DNA from: Patescibacteria group bacterium
Lineage (GTDB): Bacteria > Patescibacteriota > Minisyncoccia > UBA6257 > JAAZHW01
NCBI GenBank assembly: GCA_026415775.1
Contig: JAOAGL010000001.1
Location: 334,233 to 398,232 of the forward strand
Reading direction: 5' to 3'
DNA: 64,000 nt
Shown here: piece by piece, positions 43,119 to 53,091 of the stretch
Layout of the letters: every line of letters begins with the position of its first letter
Numbering within the stretch: the stretch's first letter is position 1
The notes under the pieces: generated by a model
What the model was told of the DNA's origin: nothing
Databases searched by the model: none
What the model saw: only the letters and a program-made list of their open reading frames with translations
Program-made: the position numbers and the translations under genes

Positions 43119-44159
43119 ATGAAAAAATTAAGAGTTGCTATAAATGGTTTTGGTCGTATCGGACGCGTCTTTTTTAGACAGGCATTTGATAATAAAAATT
43201 TAGATATTGTAGCAATTAATGATTTAGCAGATATTGAAACATTAACTTATCTTTTAAAATACGATTCTGTGTATGGAGTTTATTCCAAAAAATTAGAAAT
43301 TAATAAATCAGAAGAACACCAAAAATTAGTTATTGACAATAAAGAAATTTTGTTTTTGCAACAGAAAGACCCTGCTCAATTGCCTTGGAAAGATTTAAAT
43401 ATCGATGTAGTAATAGAAGCTACTGGTGTTTTTGAAAGTTTTGAAAAATCAAGCTTTCATTTAACCGCGGGTGCAAAACGGGTAGTTATAACTGCTCCAG
43501 CCAAAGATGATGATGGTAGTTTAAGTAAAGGAGCCACAATAATTTGTGGTATTAATGATCATTTAATTGAAAAAGTTAAAATAACATCTAACGGATCTTG
43601 TACTACTAATGCTATTGCACCAGCTTTGGCAATACTAATTAATTCAATTGGTATAAAAAAGGCGATTTTAAATACCACTCATGCCTACACTGCTACACAA
43701 AAAATTGTTGACGGTCCAGATGCTAAAGATTTGAGACGAGGCCGTGCTGGTGCAATTAATCTCGTTCCTTCTACTACTGGCGCGGCGATTGCCGTTGGAA
43801 AAGTTCTGAAAGAACTGGACGGTATTTTTGATGGCATTTCTATTCGAACTCCAGTACCAACCGTTTCTTTAGCTGATATTACGTTTTTAGCAAATAGAAA
43901 AACTTCAGCAGAAGAAATAAATCAAATATTTATAAATGCTTCAAAAGATTCTCATTGGCAGGGTATTTTTACAGTTGTTTCTGATCCAGTGGTTTCAACT
44001 GATTTAATTGGAAGTTCTTTTGCAAGCATTGCTGATTTATCATTTACTAAAGTAATTGATGGGGATTTAGTTAAAGTTTTGATTTGGTATGACAATGAAT
44101 GGGGTTATGCAACCTCTTTATTAAACCATTTATTAAAAATTGCAGAAATTAAAGAATAG
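43119..44159 (+). CDS. gap: glyceraldehyde-3-phosphate dehydrogenase type I
   Basis: VAINGFGRIGR, SNGSCTTN, HAYTATQ, STTGAA, WYDNEWGY. Confidence 0.98.
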   Translation: MKKLRVAINGFGRIGRVFFRQAFDNKNLDIVAINDLADIETLTYLLKYDSVYGVYSKKLEINKSEEHQKLVIDNKEILFLQQKDPAQLPWKDLNIDVVIEATGVFESFEKSSFHLTAGAKRVVITAPAKDDDGSLSKGATIICGINDHLIEKVKITSNGSCTTNAIAPALAILINSIGIKKAILNTTHAYTATQKIVDGPDAKDLRRGRAGAINLVPSTTGAAIAVGKVLKELDGIFDGISIRTPVPTVSLADITFLANRKTSAEEINQIFINASKDSHWQGIFTVVSDPVVSTDLIGSSFASIADLSFTKVIDGDLVKVLIWYDNEWGYATSLLNHLLKIAEIKE

Positions 44160-44161
44160 TT

Positions 44162-45805
44162 ATGATGAAAATATTGTTGCGATTTATAAAAGAAAAGTGG
44201 GAATTGATTTTTCTCGTTATTTTTTTTGGATTATTGTTTTTTTATCTTTTATCCTCCCACATTCTTTACCCAGCTAATAATAATTTATATTCGTCTGGTT
44301 CAACTTGGGGCGATTTAGCATTTCACCTAACTTTAATTAATAGTTTTAAAGAAAGAGGTTTTGTTGCAACATTAAAAAACTTTCCAATTTATCTTGGAGA
44401 AAAAACACGCTATCCTTTTATTTCTGATTATATTTCAGTACTACTTTTAAAACTGGGAATAAATCTGCGCTGGTCTATTATTATTCCTTCATTATTGTTT
44501 CTAATTGGTTTTATTGTTTGTATTTATTACTTAGCTTTGAAAATTAGTAAAAAACGTTTGGTGGCATTTTTCACTCCCTTTTTATTTGTTTTTAATGGTT
44601 CGATTTTTGGGCTTTATTATTTTTGGCAAGATTTTAAAAAAAGTGGCCAAACCTTTATAGATTTTCTAAATCGGATGCCACTACAATATACCCATTTATC
44701 TGAACAAGGTATTGAATTTTCAAATATTATTGCTGATTTTCTTTTACCTCAGCGCGCTATTATTCTGGGATTGGTTTTTTCTTGTTTAGCATTGATTTTT
44801 CTTTGGAATTATTGGGAAACAAATAAAAAAAGGGAGTTGTTTAAATCAGCTATTATAATTGGTTTATTGCCTTTAATTCATACTCATTTATTTTTGTCTT
44901 TGATTTTATTCTGTCTTTTTCTTTTTTTAATTCAATGGCTTTATTTTAGAAAGTTATCTCTTAAAGATTGGTTGGGGTGGGGGATAATTATCTTTATTTT
45001 AGCTATAGGTCCTGTTTTGTGGCTTTTCCCATTTGGCAATAAAAGTTTTTTTCGAATTCAGTTAGGTTGGATGGCTAATGGAGAATTTTTCTGGTTTTTT
45101 TGGTTAAAAAATCTTGGCTTATACTTAATTTTTCTAATTGCTAGTTTTTCTATTATTAAAAAATACCCTCACGGAAATAAAATTATTACTTTTTATCTAC
45201 CTGCTCTTTTTATTTGGGTGATTTGTAATATTTTTATTTTTCAGCCCTGGGAATTTGATAATATGAAAATTTTTATTTTTTGGTTTTTGCTTTCAGTAAT
45301 TATAATTGCTTTTTATTTTAATTATCTTATCGAGAAAAATACAATTTTTTTCAAAATTTTATCAATAATTTTACTTTTAGTAACTATACTACCTGGATTA
45401 TTAACAGGTTATCGAGAATTAACATTGAGATTTGTTTTATATACAAAAGCTGATTTAGAATTAGCCGATTTTGTTAAACAAAATACGAAAATCAATGAAG
45501 TTTTTCTTACTACCGATCAACACAATAATCCGATTTCCTCTTTGGCTGGTCGCCAAATTTTAATGGGATATAGAGGTTGGCTTTGGTCTCATGGTATAGA
45601 TTATAAAGAACGTTTTAATGATTTACTTAATATTTACAATGGATCAGATAATGCTTATCAATTAATAAGCAAGTATAGCCCAAACTATATTTTGGTAGAA
45701 AAAAAGCCAGATTCTCCTTGGATAATTAATCAAAATTATTTTAGAAGTTATTTCCGACCAATTTTTGAAAACTCTTCATATGTGTTATATAAAATCGAAA
45801 ATTGA
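44162..45805 (+). CDS. multi-pass membrane protein, probable GT-C fold glycosyltransferase
   Basis: About 12 TM helices; WGD..FH, YPF, QPWE.DN.K, GY.GWLWSHG motifs. Confidence 0.65.
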   Translation: MMKILLRFIKEKWELIFLVIFFGLLFFYLLSSHILYPANNNLYSSGSTWGDLAFHLTLINSFKERGFVATLKNFPIYLGEKTRYPFISDYISVLLLKLGINLRWSIIIPSLLFLIGFIVCIYYLALKISKKRLVAFFTPFLFVFNGSIFGLYYFWQDFKKSGQTFIDFLNRMPLQYTHLSEQGIEFSNIIADFLLPQRAIILGLVFSCLALIFLWNYWETNKKRELFKSAIIIGLLPLIHTHLFLSLILFCLFLFLIQWLYFRKLSLKDWLGWGIIIFILAIGPVLWLFPFGNKSFFRIQLGWMANGEFFWFFWLKNLGLYLIFLIASFSIIKKYPHGNKIITFYLPALFIWVICNIFIFQPWEFDNMKIFIFWFLLSVIIIAFYFNYLIEKNTIFFKILSIILLLVTILPGLLTGYRELTLRFVLYTKADLELADFVKQNTKINEVFLTTDQHNNPISSLAGRQILMGYRGWLWSHGIDYKERFNDLLNIYNGSDNAYQLISKYSPNYILVEKKPDSPWIINQNYFRSYFRPIFENSSYVLYKIEN

Positions 45806-45821
45806 GTTATAATATAATCGT

Positions 45822-46277
45822 ATGCTTTATTTAGGAGCCGACCATGGCGGTTATAAATTTAAAGAAAAAATAAAAGATTTTTTACGAAAATCAGAAATTG
45901 AATTTGAAGATCTCGGTAATTTGGAATTTGACCCTCAAGATGATTTTCCAATTTTTGCTTTTCGGGTAGCTGAAAAAGTTTCTCAAAACAAAGGCAAAGG
46001 CATTTTAATTTGTACTAATGGAATAGGCATGTCTATTGCAGCAAATAAAATTAAAGGAATAAGAGCAGCATTAGTGACCACAAAAAAATCAGCCCAACAA
46101 TCCCGAGAACATTTAGATGCTAATATTTTATGTTTGGGCGCGCACACCATTTCCTTTTTGACTGCTAAAAAAATTATTCGCACGTGGTTAGCAACAGAAT
46201 TTTCTCAAAAAGAAAAATATATTCGTCGCTTAAAACAAATTGAAGAAAAAGAAAATGCATCTGATTCCAACAATTAA
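45822..46277 (+). CDS. rpiB: ribose-5-phosphate isomerase B
   Basis: GADHGG, GILICT.GIGMSIAANK..GIRAA, REH.DANIL. Confidence 0.95.
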   Translation: MLYLGADHGGYKFKEKIKDFLRKSEIEFEDLGNLEFDPQDDFPIFAFRVAEKVSQNKGKGILICTNGIGMSIAANKIKGIRAALVTTKKSAQQSREHLDANILCLGAHTISFLTAKKIIRTWLATEFSQKEKYIRRLKQIEEKENASDSNN

Positions 46278-46893
46278 TGAACAATCATTTGAAGCAATAA
46301 AAGAGAAAGTAAAAATAGTAGAAAATCTAGTTGATATGATTCAGCTTGATATTGCGGATGGAAAATTTACTTCTTATAAAACTTGGGATAATCCTGAAGA
46401 TTTGCTTACTTTAAATGGTTTTGTTCAATTTGAAATTCACTTGATGGTAGAAAAACCAGTTGAAATTTTTGAAAGATGGTTAAAAATTCCCACGGTTAAA
46501 CGTATTATTATTCATGTCGAAACAATTACAGAAAAAGATTTTGCCAAAATTTATACCATCACTAATCAATATCAAAAAGAATTAGGTTTAGCTATTGAAA
46601 GTAAAACACCATGGGAAGCATTAGAACCATATTTAGCTAGCATAAAATTTGTTCAAATTTTAGCTGTTTCGGCTGGACCAGCTGGTCAAACATTTGAATT
46701 TCACAATTTAGAAAAAATAAAGAGTCTTAAAAATAAATATCCTAATTTAATTATTGAGGTTGATGGGGGAGTAAATAATGATACAGCTCCTTTGATAAAA
46801 GCGGCAGGAGCAGATATTATTTGTTCTTCATCATACCTCTTTTCGGATATTAATAAGGTCGAAGAAAAAATAAAATTTTTAGAAAATATTTAA
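46255..46893 (+). CDS. rpe: ribulose-phosphate 3-epimerase
   Basis: QLDIADG.F, EIHLMV, HVE, IEVDGGV. Confidence 0.92.
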   Translation: MHLIPTINEQSFEAIKEKVKIVENLVDMIQLDIADGKFTSYKTWDNPEDLLTLNGFVQFEIHLMVEKPVEIFERWLKIPTVKRIIIHVETITEKDFAKIYTITNQYQKELGLAIESKTPWEALEPYLASIKFVQILAVSAGPAGQTFEFHNLEKIKSLKNKYPNLIIEVDGGVNNDTAPLIKAAGADIICSSSYLFSDINKVEEKIKFLENI

Positions 46894-46894
46894 T

Positions 46895-47755
46895 ATGCTT
46901 TTAACTGATGAAAAATTAAAAGAATTAAATCAGATTGCTGCTCAATTACGCTGCGATGTAATTGAAATGCTTTTAGAGGCAAAATCCGGCCATTCAGCTG
47001 GTACATTAGGAATGGCTGATGTTTTTGCTGCCTTATATTTCAGCGGCATTCTTAATGTAGATCCAAAAAATCCAAATTGGGAGGATAGGGATAGAGTTAT
47101 CTTATCTAACGGTCATATTTGCCCAGTTCATTATGCGGCTTTGGCGCGAGCCGGATTTTTTCCTGTTGAGGAATTAAAAACCCTAAGAAAATTCGGTTCG
47201 CGATTACAAGGACATCCCCATGTTGGCACAACCCCCGGTGTCGATAATAGTTCTGGTCCTTTAGCTCAAGGAGCTTCTATTGCTGTAGGCTTAGCTTATG
47301 CAGCAAAAATGGATAAGAAAAAATGGCAAGTTTATTGTATTGCTGGCGATGGTGAACAACAAGAAGGACAAACATGGGAAGCCGTAATGTTTGCCGGAAA
47401 GCATAAATTAGATAATCTTACCTTTTTAATGGATCGCAACAATATTCAAATTGACGGCTTTACTGAAGATGTTATGCCACTTGAACCATTAAAAACAAAG
47501 TACGAGGCTTTTAATTGGCATGTTTTAGAAGTAGATGGACATAATATTAGAGAAATTGTTGATGCTTTATGTCATGCTAAATCAATTTATGAAAAACCGG
47601 TAATGATAATTTGTCATACTATTCCAGGAAAAGGTGTTGATTTTATGGAGTGGAAACCTGAGTGGCATGGAAAAGCACCAAATCCTGAAGAAGCAGCTCA
47701 GGCTTTAAAACAACTGCGTACTTTACAAGGTCGAATTACAAGCGAAGCAGAATAA
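46895..47755 (+). CDS. transketolase, N-terminal subunit
   Basis: SGH, RDR.ILSNGH, LQGHP, GDGE..EG..WEA, WHGKAP. Confidence 0.96.
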   Translation: MLLTDEKLKELNQIAAQLRCDVIEMLLEAKSGHSAGTLGMADVFAALYFSGILNVDPKNPNWEDRDRVILSNGHICPVHYAALARAGFFPVEELKTLRKFGSRLQGHPHVGTTPGVDNSSGPLAQGASIAVGLAYAAKMDKKKWQVYCIAGDGEQQEGQTWEAVMFAGKHKLDNLTFLMDRNNIQIDGFTEDVMPLEPLKTKYEAFNWHVLEVDGHNIREIVDALCHAKSIYEKPVMIICHTIPGKGVDFMEWKPEWHGKAPNPEEAAQALKQLRTLQGRITSEAE

Positions 47756-47758
47756 AAT

Positions 47759-48748
47759 ATGATTAACCCAAACGCAAAACTTAATCCAAAATTATTTGAT
47801 GCTGATGTTGAACAAAAACCAACTCGTGATGGTTATGGCGAAGGAATGGTAATTGCTGGTAAAGAAAATCCTAATGTGGTTGTTCTATGTGCAGATTTAT
47901 CTGATTCAACTCGAGCAGCTATGTTTCAAAAAGTTTTTCCAGAACGTTTTATTGAAACGGGCATTGCTGAACAAAATATGATGGGATTAGCAGCGGGGTT
48001 AGCATTAGCTGGTAAAATTCCGTTTGTTTCAACATATGCTGTTTTTTGTCCTGGTCGGAATTGGGATCAATTACGCGTCAGTGTTTGTTATTCTAATGCC
48101 AATGTTAAAGTTACGGGCGCTCATGCTGGAGTATCAGTTGGTCCTGATGGCGCAACACATCAAGGATTAGAAGATATTGCTATTACTCGTTGTATTCCTA
48201 ATTTAGTTGTTATTGCGCCATGTGATGTAATTGAAACTCGAAAAGCCACTGTTGCTGCTGCTCGCTACGTTGGACCTGTTTATCTTCGTTTTGCTAGAGA
48301 AAAAACACCAATTATTACAACTGAAGAAACACCTTTTGAAATTGGCAAAGCTACTATTTTCCGCGATGGAAAGGATGTGGCAATTATTGGATGCGGACCA
48401 TTGCTTTATAATGCTATGCTTGCCGCTGAAGAATTAGCAAAAGAAGGGATTGATGTAATGGTTATAAATAACCATACTATAAAACCAATTGATAAAGAGA
48501 CAATTATTGCAGCTGCACAAAAATGCGGAGCAATAGTAACAGTAGAAGATCATCAAATTATGGGAGGAATGGGTTCGGCAGTGGCAGAAGTTTTAGCTCA
48601 ATATTATCCCGTGCCTATAGAATTTATTGGAATGAGAGATAGATTTGGCGAATCAGGTGATCCTAATGAATTGATTGAAGCTTTTGGAATGGGTAAAAAT
48701 GCTATAAAAGAAGCAGTAAAAAAAGTATTACAAAGAAAACAAAAATAA
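47759..48748 (+). CDS. transketolase, C-terminal subunit
   Basis: ADL..ST, GIAEQNM, GPDGATHQ, GPVYLR, TIKPID, FGESG. Confidence 0.96.
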   Translation: MINPNAKLNPKLFDADVEQKPTRDGYGEGMVIAGKENPNVVVLCADLSDSTRAAMFQKVFPERFIETGIAEQNMMGLAAGLALAGKIPFVSTYAVFCPGRNWDQLRVSVCYSNANVKVTGAHAGVSVGPDGATHQGLEDIAITRCIPNLVVIAPCDVIETRKATVAAARYVGPVYLRFAREKTPIITTEETPFEIGKATIFRDGKDVAIIGCGPLLYNAMLAAEELAKEGIDVMVINNHTIKPIDKETIIAAAQKCGAIVTVEDHQIMGGMGSAVAEVLAQYYPVPIEFIGMRDRFGESGDPNELIEAFGMGKNAIKEAVKKVLQRKQK

Positions 48749-50023
48749 ATGAAGTATATTGCATCAAACAACAAACATCCTAAAAAAAATCAAAGAGGAT
48801 TTACTCTTTTTGAGTTATTAATTGCTGTTTCTGTGGTAGCGATAGTAATGACTATTACTGTGGTTACTTTGAATCCGGCCGAATATTTAAGAAAAGCCCG
48901 CGATACTAAAAGAATTAGTGATTTAACAAATTTACAGTTAGCATTACAACTCGTATCGACTGATAGAAACATTTCAATGGGTGTTTGCGATGGAACAAAA
49001 ATTTATGCTTCAGTTCCTTCGGAAACTCCTTTATCTAATGATAATCTACCCGCGGGCGTATCGTGGGTGCAAGTTTCACAAAGCAATTTAATGAAAAACG
49101 ATGGAACAGGTTGGATTCCAATTGATTTTAGAAGTTTTTCTTCAAAAGGAATTCAATTGCCAGCGCTGCCAATAGACCCAAAAAATTCAGCAAATGAGTA
49201 TTTATTTTATACTTATACCTGCAATAGTAATCGTCAATTTGTTTTAACTGCCTGGTTTGAATCACAAGCTTTTGGTCCAAAAGGACAAGATCCAAAAAGC
49301 AAAAAAGATAATGGCCCAGACCCTTATTTGTATGAAGTAGGAAGTAATTTATTTATTCATCCTTTAAAACCAGTGGGTTATTGGCCATTAGATGAAGGAG
49401 TGGGATCAACAACTGCTGATTTATCTGGTAATAATGTTAACATGCAGGTAAAAAATTTGGTTAATTGGGTGGATGGTGTTTCTGGTAAGGCAATTCAAAT
49501 GGACCCTTCTGTTTCAACTTCTTGTGTAAATCAAGATGCAGGAGTATACACGGGTACTTTACCCGATAATATCAAAAATCTGCCCAGTTATAAATTTACT
49601 TATGAGTGGTTAAATTTAACAACTCAATCGGGACAAACACGTGTTCATTTGCCTACTGTTATAATAAGTGGTTGTGGGAATTGTAGTATATGGACGCGAT
49701 ATGCCGATGTTTGGATTGCTAATAGTGCCCAACAAAATACTTCAATTATTTTTTCACCTCCTTCTCACAATAGCTGGCATCATTTTGTACTTACTTTTGA
49801 TAAAATTAATCTTAATAGTAAACTTTTTATAGATAACTCTTTAGCAGGACAAAGTAATTTAATTAGTGGAAGCGATTATGGAACTGTTCAATGGTTATCA
49901 TTTGGTGTTTACCTTCCTATTTGTGTCGATTCTATACCAGGTGAAAAAATAGACGAAGTTTTACTATATAATCGCACATTATCACCAGCTGAAATCAATC
50001 GTCATTATCAATTAATAAAATAG
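48749..50023 (+). CDS. type IV pilin-like protein with divergent LamG domain
   Basis: RG|FTLFELL prepilin site; VGYWPLDEG, WHH.V.T, IDEV.LYNR.LS. Confidence 0.88.
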   Translation: MKYIASNNKHPKKNQRGFTLFELLIAVSVVAIVMTITVVTLNPAEYLRKARDTKRISDLTNLQLALQLVSTDRNISMGVCDGTKIYASVPSETPLSNDNLPAGVSWVQVSQSNLMKNDGTGWIPIDFRSFSSKGIQLPALPIDPKNSANEYLFYTYTCNSNRQFVLTAWFESQAFGPKGQDPKSKKDNGPDPYLYEVGSNLFIHPLKPVGYWPLDEGVGSTTADLSGNNVNMQVKNLVNWVDGVSGKAIQMDPSVSTSCVNQDAGVYTGTLPDNIKNLPSYKFTYEWLNLTTQSGQTRVHLPTVIISGCGNCSIWTRYADVWIANSAQQNTSIIFSPPSHNSWHHFVLTFDKINLNSKLFIDNSLAGQSNLISGSDYGTVQWLSFGVYLPICVDSIPGEKIDEVLLYNRTLSPAEINRHYQLIK

Positions 50024-50053
50024 GTCACATAAAAAAATAAATATTTAAAGATT

Positions 50054-51088
50054 ATGTACGATATAATTTCAATTGGATCAGCAACAAGGGATGGATTTTT
50101 TGAAGGAATTCCTTTTGTTGTTGTAAAGGATAAAAGATTTAGAGTCGGAAAGGGGATAGCCCTACCTTATGGAGGAAAAGTAAAAGTGCCTAAAATAACT
50201 TTTACAACGGGCGGAGGAGGAACTAATACGGCTGTTACTTTTGCCCGACAAGGATTAAAAACAGCATGTATTTTTCGTGTGGGAAAAGATGTAAGCGGGG
50301 AAGAAATAATTAGAAATCTTCAAAGAGAAAAAGTTGATACTTTATATGTACAAATCGACAAAAACACCCCAACAGCCTATTCTGTAATTTTTTTAACTGA
50401 AACAGGCGAAAGAACAATTTTAAGCTACAAAGGCGCTGGTGAAAATATATCTGAAAAAGAAATTCCGTGGAACAAACTAAAAACAAGATGGTTATATTTA
50501 AATTCACTTGGTGGAAATTTAAATTTGTTAAAAAAATCTCTTTGGTTTGCCCAAAAAAATAATATTTTTGTAGCGGCTAATCCCGGTGGTGGAGAACTAG
50601 AAAATTTAAAAAAACACAAAGAATTATTGAAATATTTTGATATTTTCATTGTAAACCAAGAAGAAGCTTCTTATTTAACAGATATCCCTTATCAAAAAGA
50701 AAATCTTGTTTTTCAAAAATTAGATGAGCTAATACAAGGATTGGTAGTAATGACTAAAGGACCAGATGGCGTTTCTGTTTCCAATGGTAAAACATTATGG
50801 CAAGCTGGTACTTATCCTGAAAAAAGAATAGTTGATCGCACTGGCGCTGGCGATGCTTTTGCTTCAGGTTTTGTTTCTGTTTTTGCTAAAGAAAAAATTA
50901 AAAAAGCAGGATTTCGTAGTATTTTCCAAGATGAGAAAATTAAAGAGGCAATTAAGGTTGGAAGTGCGAATGGCACTTCTGTTGTGGAATATGTGGGTGC
51001 CAAAACGGGAATTCTCTATAAAAAAGATTTAGGTAATAAAAGATGGAAAAAATTGCCATTGAAAATATTTTCTTTGACAAATAATTAA
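50054..51088 (+). CDS. PfkB family carbohydrate kinase
   Basis: GGGGTN.A, N.EEA, VMTKG..G, DRTGAGDAF. Confidence 0.95.
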   Translation: MYDIISIGSATRDGFFEGIPFVVVKDKRFRVGKGIALPYGGKVKVPKITFTTGGGGTNTAVTFARQGLKTACIFRVGKDVSGEEIIRNLQREKVDTLYVQIDKNTPTAYSVIFLTETGERTILSYKGAGENISEKEIPWNKLKTRWLYLNSLGGNLNLLKKSLWFAQKNNIFVAANPGGGELENLKKHKELLKYFDIFIVNQEEASYLTDIPYQKENLVFQKLDELIQGLVVMTKGPDGVSVSNGKTLWQAGTYPEKRIVDRTGAGDAFASGFVSVFAKEKIKKAGFRSIFQDEKIKEAIKVGSANGTSVVEYVGAKTGILYKKDLGNKRWKKLPLKIFSLTNN

Positions 51089-51194
51089 TTTTCAGTTAAA
51101 ATAAGAGTGTTTTAAAACAAGGTCGGAAAAATCGTTTTATCTAATTTAGTTATTTTCATAATAAAATAACGGAAGATCAATAAAACGGAAATAA

Positions 51195-51410
51195 GTGTAC
51201 CAGGGAAATAATCAAGGAGAAAGACAGATGTTTCACCCCAAAGAAGAAGAGAAATGGATTTGCGCTGAATGTGGTGCTGAAATTACTGAATTACCATTTG
51301 ATCCCCGCCGGGATGAAGGTGGTAATGTCAGCGGTAATCTCTACTGCCGTGAGTGCCACAGAAAGAGACAATCCCAATTTCGAAATCGACGTGGTGGACG
51401 AAGATTCTAA
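51195..51410 (+). CDS. small zinc-ribbon protein (CxxC-x17-CxxC-like)
   Basis: RQMF...CAECG.E..LPF.P...YCRECH, Arg/Gly-rich tail; GTG start. Confidence 0.8.
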   Translation: MYQGNNQGERQMFHPKEEEKWICAECGAEITELPFDPRRDEGGNVSGNLYCRECHRKRQSQFRNRRGGRRF

Positions 51411-51425
51411 CTCCTGTCACTTCAC

Positions 51426-51457
51426 AACAAAACCCCGTTAAAAACGGGGTTTTGTTA
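51426..51457 (+). terminator. intrinsic terminator
   Basis: aacaaaaccccgt / acggggttttgtt. Confidence 0.85.
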
Positions 51458-51498
51458 TCTTTAATAATGACCTTTTTTGCGTTATAATAAAAATAACT

Positions 51499-53076
51499 AT
51501 GACCATTTTAATTAAAAATGGCACCATAATAAATGGAAGCGGCAAAGAACCTTTTAAGGGGGATATTTTAATAAAAGACAAAAAAATAATTGATATTTCG
51601 TTTAATAAATCAATTAACAAAAAGGCTGAAAAAATCATTGATGCGTCTAATTTAATTATTACACCTGGTTTTATTGATATAAACAATGAATCCGATCACT
51701 GGTTAACGCTTTTAACTCAGAAGGAATTAGAAAGTTTAATCGCTCAAGGAATTACAAGTATTATTGTTGGTAATAACGGTTCATCTTTGGCGCCGGTTTT
51801 TAAAAACAGCTTAAAAAGTATCAGAAAATGGTCTAGTTTAAATGTTAATTTAAATTGGACATCAGTAGAAGAATTTTTGAAAACTTTAGAAAAACAAAAA
51901 ATTAGTTTGAATATTGGCACTCTCGTTGGTCACGCAACTATCAAACGAGGGATTTTAGAAGAGGAATTTAGGGATTTAATTGATTCCGAAATTAAACAAA
52001 TGCTTTATTTAATTGAAAAAAGTTTAGATGAAGGTGCGCTGGGTGTTTCAATGGGATTGCGTTTCAATCATTCTCGTTTGACTTCTTTTTCTGAAATTTT
52101 TTCAATTAGTGAAATAGTTAGAAAACATGATGCCATTCTTAATATCCAACCGCGATGGGAAAAACATGATATTTTATCTTTTATTAATGAAATTCATAAT
52201 TTAGTAAAAACAATCACAAATGCGGAACAATTAAAAATTTTAATTTCATACCTCCGCCCATATAAAGAAAATATAGATGAATTAAAATTATCTTTGGGAT
52301 TATTAGAAAAAATACGCGGTCAATACTGTCCAAATATTCATTTGGATGTTAACCCCTACACACTTGTCTCTAATCAAATGTATCTTTATTTGCCTGAGTG
52401 GCTTTTGTTTGGCAATTTTGAAATGATGGTTAGGGTATTATCTGAAAAAAATAATTATCAAAGAATTTTATCAGAATTAAAAGAGAAAAATTATGATTAT
52501 GGCAAAATGATAATATCTTCTGCTCAGAATAATATTTTTTACTTTAATGGAAAAAGTATTAAATTTTTAGCCAAAGAAAGAGGGGTAACACCAGAAGAAA
52601 TGTTTTTGGAAATTTTTAAAATTAGCAATGGAAGAGCGATGATTCTTTATGATGAAATTCTTTGGCCAGAACTTTTAGGATTAATGGAATTACCTTATAC
52701 AATCATCACATCTCAAAATGCCGGTTTAAATTTTTCAAATTTTTCCTTCTTGCCGCATATTGCGTCCATTAATACTTTTCCAAGATTTATTGGTTTAGTA
52801 AAAAGTGGTGTTATTAATATAAGTCTAAGCGAAGCCATCAAAAAAATTACTTTCGAACCAGCTTTGAAAATCGGCATAAAAAATAGGGGATTAATAACTA
52901 AAGATTATTTTGCGGATTTGGTTATAATAGATTTAAAAGAAATTGATTATGCGGTTGATTATAAAAACCCCACCCAAAAACCAAGGGGGATTAAAACGGT
53001 GTTAATAAATGGTCAGATAGTTTTTGAAAATGATCAATTTACAAATAATACGGCGGGTCAAATTTTAACTCGATAA
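51499..53076 (+). CDS. D-aminoacylase-like amidohydrolase with degenerate metal site
   Basis: ILIKNG.IING, PGFID then NNESD instead of xHxHxD, QGITS...GNNG.S, RG......ADLVI. Confidence 0.85.
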   Translation: MTILIKNGTIINGSGKEPFKGDILIKDKKIIDISFNKSINKKAEKIIDASNLIITPGFIDINNESDHWLTLLTQKELESLIAQGITSIIVGNNGSSLAPVFKNSLKSIRKWSSLNVNLNWTSVEEFLKTLEKQKISLNIGTLVGHATIKRGILEEEFRDLIDSEIKQMLYLIEKSLDEGALGVSMGLRFNHSRLTSFSEIFSISEIVRKHDAILNIQPRWEKHDILSFINEIHNLVKTITNAEQLKILISYLRPYKENIDELKLSLGLLEKIRGQYCPNIHLDVNPYTLVSNQMYLYLPEWLLFGNFEMMVRVLSEKNNYQRILSELKEKNYDYGKMIISSAQNNIFYFNGKSIKFLAKERGVTPEEMFLEIFKISNGRAMILYDEILWPELLGLMELPYTIITSQNAGLNFSNFSFLPHIASINTFPRFIGLVKSGVINISLSEAIKKITFEPALKIGIKNRGLITKDYFADLVIIDLKEIDYAVDYKNPTQKPRGIKTVLINGQIVFENDQFTNNTAGQILTR

Positions 53077-53091
53077 TTTCTAAATTTTAAA

